The notes beneath the pieces are model-generated. The model searched no databases. It was not told the origin of the DNA and saw nothing but the letters and a program-made list of their open reading frames with translations. A program made the position numbers and the translations under genes. Positions 1 through 9,616 of a DNA stretch of 64,000 nucleotides are shown here, piece after piece (within the stretch, counting starts at the first letter, position 1; each line of letters begins with the position of its first letter). Source of the DNA: Candidatus Pacebacteria bacterium CG_4_9_14_0_2_um_filter_40_15 (GTDB lineage Bacteria > Patescibacteriota > Microgenomatia > UBA1400 > PJMF01); assembly GCA_002788675.1 (NCBI GenBank), contig PFRS01000005.1, forward strand, positions 67,731-131,730, read 5' to 3'.

Positions 1-882
1 AACCCAACAGAGTTAGCAGATGTTGATCCCAAAAAAATCATGGAATCACGCGAAGCAAAGTATCCGTATCGAGAATGGTTATTTGCAAAAGAACATCGTG
101 GCGAGTTTTCATGGACACTAGGACTTTGGGGAACACAAGCTAAAGCAGATATTGTTGGGCTCAGTTTAGAAGACTATTGGGAACAAATTATTCATGCCTG
201 CTATCTCGATGCTAAAGATCCTATTGCAGAATGGAAACGACTGAGCGGTTTACAAATTGAGATTAAAGAAAGACTGAATGCACTTGAAATTGATCACATT
301 CACATAGAAGGTGAAGATGTTGACCTCATTGTTAAATTAGGAGCAAACCGTGCCTGGAAAACTGGTAGTGGTTGTAATATTCCTAGTTTTGAACACTTTA
401 CTTCACCTGACTGGAGAGGTACTCAAGGTTGGATTACATTTAATCAGCCACTCTATAGATATGGCAACATAATTGAAGGTATTAAACTCAAGTTTAAAGA
501 TGGTCTTGTAGTTGAATTTTCTGCAACAAAAGGCGAAAAGATTCTTAAAGACATGCTCTCAACTAGAAACGCCGATAAGTTGGGCGAATTTTCACTTACA
601 GACAAACGTCTTTCTAGAATTACTCATCCTATGGCCGAGACGCTGTATGATGAAAATATTGGTGGGCCATTTGGTAACACTCATGTAGCTGTGGGTATGG
701 CGTATAAAGACTGTTATAAAGGTAAAGCTTCAACTGTCTCCGAAGAACAATGGATAGAAATGGGGTATAACAATTCGTCTGTCCATACCGACATAGTCAG
801 TACAACAAATCGAACAGCAACTGCGACACTTATAGATGGCACAGAACTTGTGATCTATAAAGATGGCATGTTTGTGCTCTAA
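1..882 (+). CDS. Aminopeptidase, peptidase M29 (AmpS/AmpT-like), 5'-truncated by the window
   Basis: Frame is open from base 1; M29 motifs NIPSFEHFTSP, LGEFSL, YDENIGG, HVAVG and SSVHTDIV. Confidence 0.9.
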   Translation, partial: NPTELADVDPKKIMESREAKYPYREWLFAKEHRGEFSWTLGLWGTQAKADIVGLSLEDYWEQIIHACYLDAKDPIAEWKRLSGLQIEIKERLNALEIDHIHIEGEDVDLIVKLGANRAWKTGSGCNIPSFEHFTSPDWRGTQGWITFNQPLYRYGNIIEGIKLKFKDGLVVEFSATKGEKILKDMLSTRNADKLGEFSLTDKRLSRITHPMAETLYDENIGGPFGNTHVAVGMAYKDCYKGKASTVSEEQWIEMGYNNSSVHTDIVSTTNRTATATLIDGTELVIYKDGMFVL

Positions 883-887
883 CAATT

Positions 888-1112
888 CTAGAAACCGAAA
901 AATTTCAAGCCAACTGTCCCAAGTAAAAAAATAACTAGATGAGTAATACACACAAATAGTATTGACCGCTTAAGAACTTTAAAGATTACACTCCACATTC
1001 CCAAGCTAAGGAAGATACTCAGTATTCCTCCCATAAGAATGATGTCTCCCAAAGAAGATTCCATACAAGTCCAACCTATTACTTGAGTACAGACTTGAAA
1101 GTATGGAACCAA
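888..1112 (-). CDS. Small two-TM membrane protein, possibly a degraded gene
   Basis: 74-aa ORF with two hydrophobic segments; weak TTG start with an in-frame TGA two codons upstream. Confidence 0.35.
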   Translation of the reverse strand: MVPYFQVCTQVIGWTCMESSLGDIILMGGILSIFLSLGMWSVIFKVLKRSILFVCITHLVIFLLGTVGLKFFGF

Positions 1113-1211
1113 TGCTCAATACGGGAAAAAAACACAACTGATTGTAGAACAATCAGAAATAGTACAGTAAGAACCCCTCTAATTCAAGTAGTGTTGTTAT
1201 TAGTTGCTGAT

Positions 1212-2276
1212 TTAGGCAATAGTAATTTCTTCATTCAAATACACATCCTGCACGGCATGCAACATTTCAACCCCATCAGCAAATGGTTTCTTAAAGACTT
1301 TTCGACCCATTATTAAACCACAGCCTCCGCCGCGCTTATTAATAACTGCACTGCGAACAGCTTCGGCCATATCAGCTTCTCCGCCCTTAGACTCGCCGCC
1401 TGAATTAATTAATCCAATTTTTCCTAAGTAACTATGAGCAACCTGATAACGTACCAAATCGATCGGATTATCTGTTGTTAAAATATCGTACATTTCGTCG
1501 GTGTATTTACTAAATTTTAGTGCCTGGAATGCATGAAGTGGCAAAGGCATCTTCTGCTTAACAATATCTGCCTGGATAGTTACCCCAATATGAATAGCTT
1601 GAGAGGTAACATCAACCGAGTTTGTGTAATCAGTTTCACCTTCTTTATAGTTAGGATTTCGAGGGTAACACCACAAAATGGTAAAGAGACCCAATTCATG
1701 AGCTCGGGCAAATGCCCTACTCACTTCAACAATTTGACGATGTGACTTATCAGAACCAAAATATATAGTTGCTCCCACGCCTGCTGCACCTAATGCTGCC
1801 GCCTGTTCGACACTAGCAAACATAAGCTGGTCTGCATTTTCAGGCAGGGTGAGATGTTCACTATGATTGAGTTTTACAATAAATGGAATTTTATCCGCAT
1901 ATCTTTTTGCATGTAATCCAAGCACACCAAGAGTAGAAGCTACACCATTGGTGCCACCTTCAATTGCCATTTGCAAAATGTTTTCTGGATCAAAATAGAT
2001 TGGATTATTGTAAAAAGAGTATGCTGCCGTATGCTCCATACCTTGATCGACAGGAAAGATTGAAAGATAGCCTGTACCTGCCAATCTTCCGGTATTGTAG
2101 AGACGATCTAAGTTTGCCATTACTGCTTCTGAACGATCAGAATCAGTAAATATTTCTGCAACATGATTTGGACCAGTGTGATGTAACACCTCTGCAGGAA
2201 TTCGTTCACAAGTGTGAGAAAGTAATGAGTTTGCCTCGTTTCCAAGGAGAGATTCGATGTGATCAATTGTGAGCAT
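1212..2276 (-). CDS. fbaB: Class I fructose-bisphosphate aldolase (DhnA/FbaB type)
   Basis: GRLAGTGYLSIFPVDQG, YFDPENI, GATIYFGS, ADIVKQK (Schiff-base Lys) and INKRGGG motifs; ATG at 2276 preferred over TTG at 2297. Confidence 0.95.
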   Translation of the reverse strand: MLTIDHIESLLGNEANSLLSHTCERIPAEVLHHTGPNHVAEIFTDSDRSEAVMANLDRLYNTGRLAGTGYLSIFPVDQGMEHTAAYSFYNNPIYFDPENILQMAIEGGTNGVASTLGVLGLHAKRYADKIPFIVKLNHSEHLTLPENADQLMFASVEQAAALGAAGVGATIYFGSDKSHRQIVEVSRAFARAHELGLFTILWCYPRNPNYKEGETDYTNSVDVTSQAIHIGVTIQADIVKQKMPLPLHAFQALKFSKYTDEMYDILTTDNPIDLVRYQVAHSYLGKIGLINSGGESKGGEADMAEAVRSAVINKRGGGCGLIMGRKVFKKPFADGVEMLHAVQDVYLNEEITIA

Positions 2277-2372
2277 AGGCGGACTTTTTGGTACCAACTT
2301 CTGTACCAGTGTTGTAATCTATAGTACTATGAATAGTGTAGCAAACTGTATGAATTAGAAAAAGTCTGTTAA

Positions 2373-4028
2373 ATGAATACTACTATATCAAAACAACATC
2401 CAATCGCGTATCTCTGTGCAGAATATGGTGTTGCCACCGAATTACCAATCTATGCTGGAGGTCTTGGTGTCCTTGCAGGAGACACTGTAAAAGCGGCAGC
2501 CGATATGGCGGCTCCGTTTGTTGCTGTTGGACTACTGTATAGAGGACATGGGGTAGTACAAAACCTGTCACCAGAAGGGTTACAAACTGAGGGCGACTAT
2601 TACTTCGACCCACTTGAGAATGGTCTTGAGCATGTGTATCTAGACGAAGAGCCACTATTTATCAAAGTTCACCTTACTGAGCTTGATGTGTGGCTCCGTG
2701 TCTGGAAAAAGGATATGGGTAATGGAGTGACGCTTTATCTACTGGATAGTGAAACTGACCAAAATGAATTAGTTGAACGTGACATAACTCAAGTTCTCTA
2801 TTCCGGTACGCAAGAAAATCTGATTAAACAACAACTCATTTTAGGTATTGGAGGAGTTAAATTACTCTCTAAACTTGGTATCACTCCAAGTGTGTATCAT
2901 ATTAATGAGGGCAGACCTGCTTTCGCACACTGGCAACTTATTCGCATGTTTATGGATGACTATGGCATGAACTACGATGAAGCAAAAAGTGCTGCAATAG
3001 AAAAAACAGTCTATACAAACCACACGTTAGTTGCAGCTGGAAATCAATCATATCCACCTGAACTCATTAAGATGTATAGCGCCTACTATGCAACCAAAAT
3101 GGGCATTTCAAACGACGTCTTAATTTCCGATGGTCTAGATGAGAATGGACAATTTTCCATTACTAGATTCGCTCTTAATACCTCACATCGTGCTAATGGC
3201 GTGAGTACGCTGCATACACAACTTTCAGAAAAGTCTTGGCCTCAGTATTCTTGGGTTAATGTAACTAATGGTGTGCATCGATCTACTTGGCAAGCACCTC
3301 ATATTGTTGAATCAAGTACTTCTAATATTTCACTTTGGAACACACACCTCTTACTTAAAAAAGAGACAATGCAATTTATTCAAAAACAAACAGGTTTTGG
3401 CTATGATGAAAATAAGTTGGTGCTAGGATGGGCACGAAGACTAGCGGGATATAAGCAGCTTCCAGTTCTTTTTTCAGATTTGGCACGTCTAAAAGCAATT
3501 TTGCAACATACCGACAGACCAGTACAACTTCTTATTTCAGGAAAAGCACATATGGGAGATACCATGGGTAAACAAATGCTTCAGCAGATCATTGGTTATT
3601 TTACGAATGAACTTTCGGGTTCTGCTCTCTTCATTCCCAACTATAATATCGAGGTTGCTCAACACCTCACCCGAGGCGTCGATGTGTGGCTCAATACGCC
3701 TGAGCTCGGCATGGAAGCTTGTGGGACGAGTGGTATGAAAGCTACCCTTAACGGTATACCCAACTGCACTGTAGCTGATGGATGGGCTCAAGAAGTTGCT
3801 TGGGATGGAACACAAGGCTGGGAGCTCGATAGCACTAGCATTGCTGAGCATTTTTATCAATTACTTGAAGACACTATCGCACCACTGTACTACCAAAGAG
3901 ATGAGCATGGCACTCCTAATGAATGGGTTGAAATTATGAAAAATGCCATTGCCCTTGGCAATAAATACACTGGAGAAAGAATGCTCAACGAATATATCGA
4001 TACACTGTATGTTCAAGATAACTCCTAA
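2373..4028 (+). CDS. glgP: Alpha-glucan (glycogen/starch) phosphorylase
   Basis: YAGGLGVLAGD, HINEG, ARRLAGYK and PLP-site EACGTSGMKA motifs. Confidence 0.93.
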   Translation: MNTTISKQHPIAYLCAEYGVATELPIYAGGLGVLAGDTVKAAADMAAPFVAVGLLYRGHGVVQNLSPEGLQTEGDYYFDPLENGLEHVYLDEEPLFIKVHLTELDVWLRVWKKDMGNGVTLYLLDSETDQNELVERDITQVLYSGTQENLIKQQLILGIGGVKLLSKLGITPSVYHINEGRPAFAHWQLIRMFMDDYGMNYDEAKSAAIEKTVYTNHTLVAAGNQSYPPELIKMYSAYYATKMGISNDVLISDGLDENGQFSITRFALNTSHRANGVSTLHTQLSEKSWPQYSWVNVTNGVHRSTWQAPHIVESSTSNISLWNTHLLLKKETMQFIQKQTGFGYDENKLVLGWARRLAGYKQLPVLFSDLARLKAILQHTDRPVQLLISGKAHMGDTMGKQMLQQIIGYFTNELSGSALFIPNYNIEVAQHLTRGVDVWLNTPELGMEACGTSGMKATLNGIPNCTVADGWAQEVAWDGTQGWELDSTSIAEHFYQLLEDTIAPLYYQRDEHGTPNEWVEIMKNAIALGNKYTGERMLNEYIDTLYVQDNS

Positions 4029-4048
4029 GTTGAGTTTAGAAAAAACGT

Positions 4049-4354
4049 ATGCCAATTCAAAAGTTTAAAAAATATTATCAGCTTATGATCGCACAAAACC
4101 AAAAGATGTTTGACGCATTTGCCCTCGTTCACACTAACTTTGTAAATGATCCAGAAAAGTATGCCTCGCAATTTCATTCAGAAGGTATTGATGTTTTAGA
4201 CACCATTCGATTTTGGGAGCGAAAGTTATGTTCTGGTATGGAAAAAGGTCATAATGGCCAGTACTCAATAAAGCTGGCTGAAAAGTTTTGGGGAGAAGTA
4301 AGAAAACATTTTAGCCATATTGATCAAGTTGGCGTTCAAATTACAAAAAAATAA
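4049..4354 (+). CDS. Hypothetical protein (101 aa, CPR-type)
   Basis: ATG-started ORF tightly packed between glgP and the antiporter. Confidence 0.75.
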   Translation: MPIQKFKKYYQLMIAQNQKMFDAFALVHTNFVNDPEKYASQFHSEGIDVLDTIRFWERKLCSGMEKGHNGQYSIKLAEKFWGEVRKHFSHIDQVGVQITKK

Positions 4355-4365
4355 GTGCTAAACAT

Positions 4366-6033
4366 ATGGATATATTTATAGAACTCAGTTTGATCATTAC
4401 GATCACGACCTTTGTTTCATTTATTATGAAACGCCTGAAACAACCGTTGGTTGTTGGCTATATTTTAAGTGGGCTGTTACTTGGTCCAATGTTTCTTAAT
4501 CTTATACAATCAACTGAAATCATTGAAATCTTTTCAAAACTAGGAATCTCAATTTTACTTTTTATTGTTGGGATACATTTAAGTCCCAAAATTATTAAAG
4601 AAGTAGGTTCTGTTTCTTTAATTACTGGAGTAGGACAAGTACTGTTTACTTCGATTATTGGTTTTGCCTTGTCAATTTTCCTGGGACTAGATACCACTGC
4701 AGCCATGTATGTAGCGATTGCGCTTACATTTAGTAGCACTATCATTATTTTAAAGCTTCTCTCAGACAAAGGTGACGTCCATAGTTTGTATGGAAAAATT
4801 GCCGTTGGCTTTCTACTCGTTCAAGATGTAATTGCTACCATAATCTTAATCATTGTCTCTTCAACTGCCTCTGCTCAGGGCACATCAATACCTCTTGTTC
4901 TGCTTACAACCCTTCTGAAAGGTGGATTTATTGTCATTGTTATCACCTTACTTGAAAAAGTACTCTTACCTAAGCTGCTCAAAGCTGCTTCCGATAGTTC
5001 AGAACTCCTATTTATCTTCTCACTCAGCTGGGGACTTGGTTTTTCTGCCCTTTTCTATGCACTAGGTTTATCTGTTGAAATTGGAGCACTTATTAGTGGT
5101 GTAGTCTTATCTTCATCGGCCTATGCAGAAGAAATTAGTTCTCGTTTGCGACCCCTCAGAGACTTCTTTATTGTGATGTTCTTTGTGCTCCTAGGCTCAT
5201 CAATGACCTTTTCTGGCGGCCTAACTATGCTGATACCTGTTGTAGTGCTCTCACTCTTTGTACTTGTCGGTAACCCAGTAATTGTCTTGATCATCATGAA
5301 CTTACTTGGCTTCCATAAAAAGACCGGTTTTCAAGCAGGCTTAACCGTTGCCCAAATAAGTGAGTTTAGTTTGATTTTAGCCACACTCGCGTTCCACATT
5401 GGGCATATTAATAAAGATATCCTCACGATGATCACGTTGGTTGGATTAATAACTATCGCTGGTTCAACATACTTAATTTTATACTCCGAACCAATCTATC
5501 AAAAAATAGAAAAGTATCTTTCATTCTTAGAGCTTCGCAAAAATAATAAGAGTACCACTGGTAAATATGCTAAAGTTGAAAGCTTTATCTTTGGCTTTAA
5601 TCGCGTAGGCACAACCTTTATGGATACCTTCAAGGATCTTGGCTATACTGTGGGTGTGGTAGATTTTGATCCCAATACGCTCGATCGCTTACCTAAAAAA
5701 GGCGCTCAGTATTATTATGGAGATGCTCAGGATGTTGAATTTTTAGGTGAACTGCCACTCAGTTACGCAAAGTTTGTTGTTTCATCCATTAAAGATTTAG
5801 AAACAAATGCAACCTTAGTTAAACACCTGAAAGATCAACATAAAAATGCCATCATTATTGTGTTTGCTGAAACTTCTGAGGATGCTCAAACACTCTATGA
5901 CGTCGGTGCCAACTATGTTGTACTCCCTCATTTTATCGGTGCAGATTCAACAGCAAAGTTTATAAAACGTGTTGGCTATTCTAAAGAAAGTTTCGAGTAT
6001 AAAAAAGAACAAATACTCAAGCAATGGGCTTAA
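4366..6033 (+). CDS. CPA2 cation:proton antiporter with C-terminal TrkA-N/RCK domain (KefB/KefC-like)
   Basis: Many TM helices; LKQPLVVGYI, FSSTIII, LLVQD and QISEFS motifs; C-terminal GFNRVG...YGDA. Confidence 0.92.
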   Translation: MDIFIELSLIITITTFVSFIMKRLKQPLVVGYILSGLLLGPMFLNLIQSTEIIEIFSKLGISILLFIVGIHLSPKIIKEVGSVSLITGVGQVLFTSIIGFALSIFLGLDTTAAMYVAIALTFSSTIIILKLLSDKGDVHSLYGKIAVGFLLVQDVIATIILIIVSSTASAQGTSIPLVLLTTLLKGGFIVIVITLLEKVLLPKLLKAASDSSELLFIFSLSWGLGFSALFYALGLSVEIGALISGVVLSSSAYAEEISSRLRPLRDFFIVMFFVLLGSSMTFSGGLTMLIPVVVLSLFVLVGNPVIVLIIMNLLGFHKKTGFQAGLTVAQISEFSLILATLAFHIGHINKDILTMITLVGLITIAGSTYLILYSEPIYQKIEKYLSFLELRKNNKSTTGKYAKVESFIFGFNRVGTTFMDTFKDLGYTVGVVDFDPNTLDRLPKKGAQYYYGDAQDVEFLGELPLSYAKFVVSSIKDLETNATLVKHLKDQHKNAIIIVFAETSEDAQTLYDVGANYVVLPHFIGADSTAKFIKRVGYSKESFEYKKEQILKQWA

Positions 6034-6074
6034 CTATTTGTACTCTTGTGGTACACTATACCCATTGCTTTCGC

Positions 6075-6145
6075 TCCCGGATAGTGAAGTGGCATCACCA
6101 CAGTTTCTGGAACTGTTATCCTAGGTTCGAACCCTAGTCCGGGAT
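6075..6145 (+). tRNA. tRNA-Gln (anticodon CTG), CCA not encoded
   Basis: Acceptor TCCCGGA/TCCGGGA, D stem GTGA/TCAC, anticodon arm ACAGT-TTCTGGA-ACTGT, T arm CTAGG-TTCGAAC-CCTAG. Confidence 0.95.
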
Positions 6146-6312
6146 CACATAAAAAAATTCCCAAAAGGGAATTTTTTTATGTATTTCTGGCTCGTAGATG
6201 CGATCAGTCGCGCCAGCAAGAAGTGAGCACCGGCGAACTTCCTGCTTAGTGCATGTGAGCTTCCTTAAGTAGATAAAAATAGCAGCGAATCGTAAACCCT
6301 AGTCCGGGATCA
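6130..6312 (+). repeat. 18-bp direct repeat of the tRNA-Gln 3' end (att-like), copies at 6130-6147 and 6295-6312
   Basis: AACCCTAGTCCGGGATCA occurs twice, with 147 bp between the copies. Confidence 0.9.
6147..6182 (+). terminator. Bidirectional-type intrinsic terminator after tRNA-Gln
   Basis: Perfect 16-bp stem ACATAAAAAAATTCCC-AAAA-GGGAATTTTTTTATGT. Confidence 0.8.
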
Positions 6313-6526
6313 GATATGATTCATCTTTCTGTTCATGAATCATAATTCTTTTCTAATTTCCAACTTATTTACTGATATATACATCTAACACTCTTATGGG
6401 TTATAATTCACTCCCTTTCTTTCAAGACCGTTGCTTTCAGCACGATTGCAACATGTCTATAAAGAATTGAGATCTGTTCTTTAATATTTAGTTTAAAAAC
6501 TTTTCAAAAATAAGGAGTATTACAAC

Positions 6527-9202
6527 ATGATCACAAGATCAAGATTTTTATTCATATTCTTTCTTATCGGAACGGTACTCGCCGTATCTGCGCTCACTGC
6601 TCAGAATCATAGTGCTAATGCTTCAAATCAACAATCTGTTGAAGAAGTAGTAGCTACTGCTAAAATGGTCGTTGCAGGTGGATATCACACTTGTGCAATT
6701 ACGGATAGTGATTCAGTTAAATGTTGGGGTTCAAATGTCAAAGGTCAACTCGGTAATGGAACATATATTAGTAGTTCGGTACCTGTTGATGTAATTGGTT
6801 TACCAACTGGCATCAGACACATTGCTCTTGCAGGATTTAGTACTTCTGTTGTTACAGACACAGGACTTGTCTATTGGTTTGGTGAAGGTAGTACTACACC
6901 GAACCTGAATTCTTATGTAAATAACGTAGCACAAGTTGTAATGGGTAATGCCCATACATGTGTACTCACTAATGACAACTCTGTTAAATGCTGGGGTGAT
7001 AACCAAGATGGGCAGCTTGGTGATGGAAATATACCAACCGACAGCTATTTACCCGTTACTCCAATTGGATTAGAATCACAGGTGACATCACTCTCAGCAG
7101 GTCACTACTACAGTTGTGCAACAACTGAAAGTGGAAGTGTTCTGTGCTGGGGAAATAGCTTTGGGGCTCATCCCGTGCCAACTCAAATACCCGGCTTGGA
7201 CTCTGGCTATGTGGCTACTGCACTTGGTGCAGCACATGCATGTGCATTGTCTGTAACAGGTACTGTTAAATGCTGGGGACAGAATTATCTTAACCAGCTA
7301 GGAAATGGTAACAATGAGAACTCTGCACTTCCTGTCAATGTTTTATTGAATGCAAATGCAACAAGTATTTCAAGCTACCTGTACCATACGTGTGTCACTA
7401 CCAGTACGGGTGGAGCAAAATGTTGGGGTTGGAGCACTTCCGGTGAACTTGGTAACAACAGTACTGAGTTAACCACTGTACCGGTCGATGTTATAACGAT
7501 CAACCCAGGAATTTCCAAAATTATCACTGGCCACTCTCTCTCATGCGTAATAACAACAAACCAGTCTGTTAAATGTTGGGGATATAATGACGACGGGCAG
7601 CTAGGCAATGGAACAACAAACTCTACGCTTACTCCTACAAATGTTGTTGGTTTCGGCGGAATGTCATGTACTGACATGAATGATGCAGACGGTGATGGTT
7701 TACCAAATGGCTGGGAAGTTTGTGGCTTTTATCTTGATGGTATTGTCGATGGCACACCTGATGTTGATTTACCTGCTCTTGGAGCAGATTGGCAACACAA
7801 GGATGTATTTCTTGAAATTGATTATATGGATGCAGGTCTAATCACAAATATTAGACCTAATGCTGATTCTGTTAAAATCATGGTTGAGGCTTTTGATAAT
7901 GCCCCAATTCAAAATATTGATGGATACTCTGGTATACATTTGCATGTTGACTATGGCAATAACGCTCCATTAACTTGGGGTACAGCTTCTTCTTGGGGAA
8001 ACCTATCTGAAGCTACTGAAATTCCCTACCAAAACTACCTAGTTCGCTTTGATATACCAAACGACACAGCTGATTGGTCAGTATATCAGCAAGTTATGCA
8101 CTTGCAATTTACTGAAGCAAGAAGTCACGTCTTTCATTACCAAATTCACACTGGCCTAACTGACAGAGATACATTGAGAATTCTCGGAGTATCAAATAAT
8201 ATTCCTGGTCAATTTTCAACAGTTAATAGATATGACATTGGCTACTTACCACTTCACATACAAAGGTCACCTCAAAGTGTAGCAGGCACAAGTATGCATG
8301 AATTGGGACATAATCTTGGTTTGCATCACGGCGGGACAGATGATCGTCAATATAAACCGAATTATCTCAGCATCATGAACTACTCTTTCACTAATGGCGG
8401 TCTAGTTATTAATAACAAAGATGGCAACTATAACTTTTCAATATTCAATGATATTAACCCACTAGTTGAGTATGAACTCAATGAACTTGTTGGTATTACA
8501 TCTTCAAGTGGTGAACCCATCAATAGTTACAAGACGTTCTACTACAGTGGGTACGCTGAACCAGAAAATATTGATGATCATAGAATACCAGCGTATGTAG
8601 GGCAACAAATTGATTGGGATAATGATGGTACTTTTGAGAATGTCGCTGCCAATAGTGTCAACTACAATGACAACTATTTAGAGGTCCTTGAAAGTTCAAA
8701 TGACTGGGAAAATATCCAATTCTTGTCTGATAATGGCGCAAGTTGTATTGGCCAAGTAATCTGTAATTATAACCAGGCTAAGACAACTTTTGTTGGAAAT
8801 CCATTTGTCACTGACCTTATGGAAGATGCTTTCCCTGACATATCACTCCCTCACAGCCTCTCAATGTCAATGAACTACTGGTTTGAGGTTGATGATACAG
8901 ACATAACATCAACAGTACCCGTTACAATTACAAATAGTGGCACAAACGTGAGTACAATTGAAATTTCCTATATAACAACTAGTACAACATTCACTACAAG
9001 TGCACTACCTACCAGTATAATTCTTGAGCCAGGTGCATCATATGTTTTAGACATTGGCCTTGACACTGTTGGCAAAATCATTGGGCATGAAGAGCTAATT
9101 GTTAAAACAACTGTTCAAGAGAATACTAATTGGACAGGCGAAACTCACGTAGAAGTTCACAAACAACTTAAGTATGTGTACTTGCCCATTATTCAAAAGT
9201 AA
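6527..9202 (+). CDS. Secreted multidomain protein: RCC1-like beta-propeller, DxDGDG Ca-binding motif, metzincin zinc metalloprotease and Ig-like C-terminal domain
   Basis: Signal peptide; repeated VKCWGxNxxGQLG; DADGDGLPNGWE; HELGHNLGLHH plus Met-turn SIMNY; ends YVYLPIIQK; SD AAGGAG. Confidence 0.88.
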   Translation: MITRSRFLFIFFLIGTVLAVSALTAQNHSANASNQQSVEEVVATAKMVVAGGYHTCAITDSDSVKCWGSNVKGQLGNGTYISSSVPVDVIGLPTGIRHIALAGFSTSVVTDTGLVYWFGEGSTTPNLNSYVNNVAQVVMGNAHTCVLTNDNSVKCWGDNQDGQLGDGNIPTDSYLPVTPIGLESQVTSLSAGHYYSCATTESGSVLCWGNSFGAHPVPTQIPGLDSGYVATALGAAHACALSVTGTVKCWGQNYLNQLGNGNNENSALPVNVLLNANATSISSYLYHTCVTTSTGGAKCWGWSTSGELGNNSTELTTVPVDVITINPGISKIITGHSLSCVITTNQSVKCWGYNDDGQLGNGTTNSTLTPTNVVGFGGMSCTDMNDADGDGLPNGWEVCGFYLDGIVDGTPDVDLPALGADWQHKDVFLEIDYMDAGLITNIRPNADSVKIMVEAFDNAPIQNIDGYSGIHLHVDYGNNAPLTWGTASSWGNLSEATEIPYQNYLVRFDIPNDTADWSVYQQVMHLQFTEARSHVFHYQIHTGLTDRDTLRILGVSNNIPGQFSTVNRYDIGYLPLHIQRSPQSVAGTSMHELGHNLGLHHGGTDDRQYKPNYLSIMNYSFTNGGLVINNKDGNYNFSIFNDINPLVEYELNELVGITSSSGEPINSYKTFYYSGYAEPENIDDHRIPAYVGQQIDWDNDGTFENVAANSVNYNDNYLEVLESSNDWENIQFLSDNGASCIGQVICNYNQAKTTFVGNPFVTDLMEDAFPDISLPHSLSMSMNYWFEVDDTDITSTVPVTITNSGTNVSTIEISYITTSTTFTTSALPTSIILEPGASYVLDIGLDTVGKIIGHEELIVKTTVQENTNWTGETHVEVHKQLKYVYLPIIQK

Positions 9203-9225
9203 AAACTAAATAAAATTAAGATCAG

Positions 9226-9252
9226 AAAGAGCCAGGGTAACCTGGCTCTTTT
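9226..9252 (+). terminator. Intrinsic terminator
   Basis: AAAGAGCCAGG-GTAA-CCTGGCTCTTTT downstream of the RCC1 gene. Confidence 0.85.
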
Positions 9253-9377
9253 ACTACCTCAATCATTAGCACCATGTACATCTATCTCACAAAAGTTCCC
9301 AGCATTTGTAGAACAACTACTCACTTGAAAACTAAAAAAAAGGTTGTTAAAACCTTTTTAACTGATATACTATTCAC

Positions 9378-9605
9378 ATGGCCTCAAAGAAAAAAATCCT
9401 AGTACTTGTACTACCTTTTTTGGCAATTTTAACAATACTCATTGTATTTTTTGTCCATGATTGTGGATATCAGCCTATCTTTAGTGACGAAGTCAAATCA
9501 TGCCAATGTAATGGAGCAATTATAACTTATGGAGAACCTACCCTTCCAGAGGAGGATACTGGACATGGAAGCATGTGTATTGGACTTCTTATAAAAGACG
9601 ACTAA
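9378..9605 (+). CDS. Small membrane-anchored Cys-containing protein
   Basis: N-terminal TM helix and four Cys; TGaTATACT lies 6 nt before the ATG. Confidence 0.7.
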   Translation: MASKKKILVLVLPFLAILTILIVFFVHDCGYQPIFSDEVKSCQCNGAIITYGEPTLPEEDTGHGSMCIGLLIKDD

Positions 9606-9616
9606 AAATTTGCGCT

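Noticed and set aside
1086-1200. Upstream hydrophobic segment (VLTVLFLIVLQSVVFF) as a read-through extension of the 888-1112 ORF
   Set aside because: It is in a different frame and would need both a frameshift and TGA read-through; at most a decayed gene.
6700-7620. Recurring GTTAAATG[CT]TGGGG DNA repeats
   Set aside because: Explained by the VKCWG motif of the RCC1 protein repeats.
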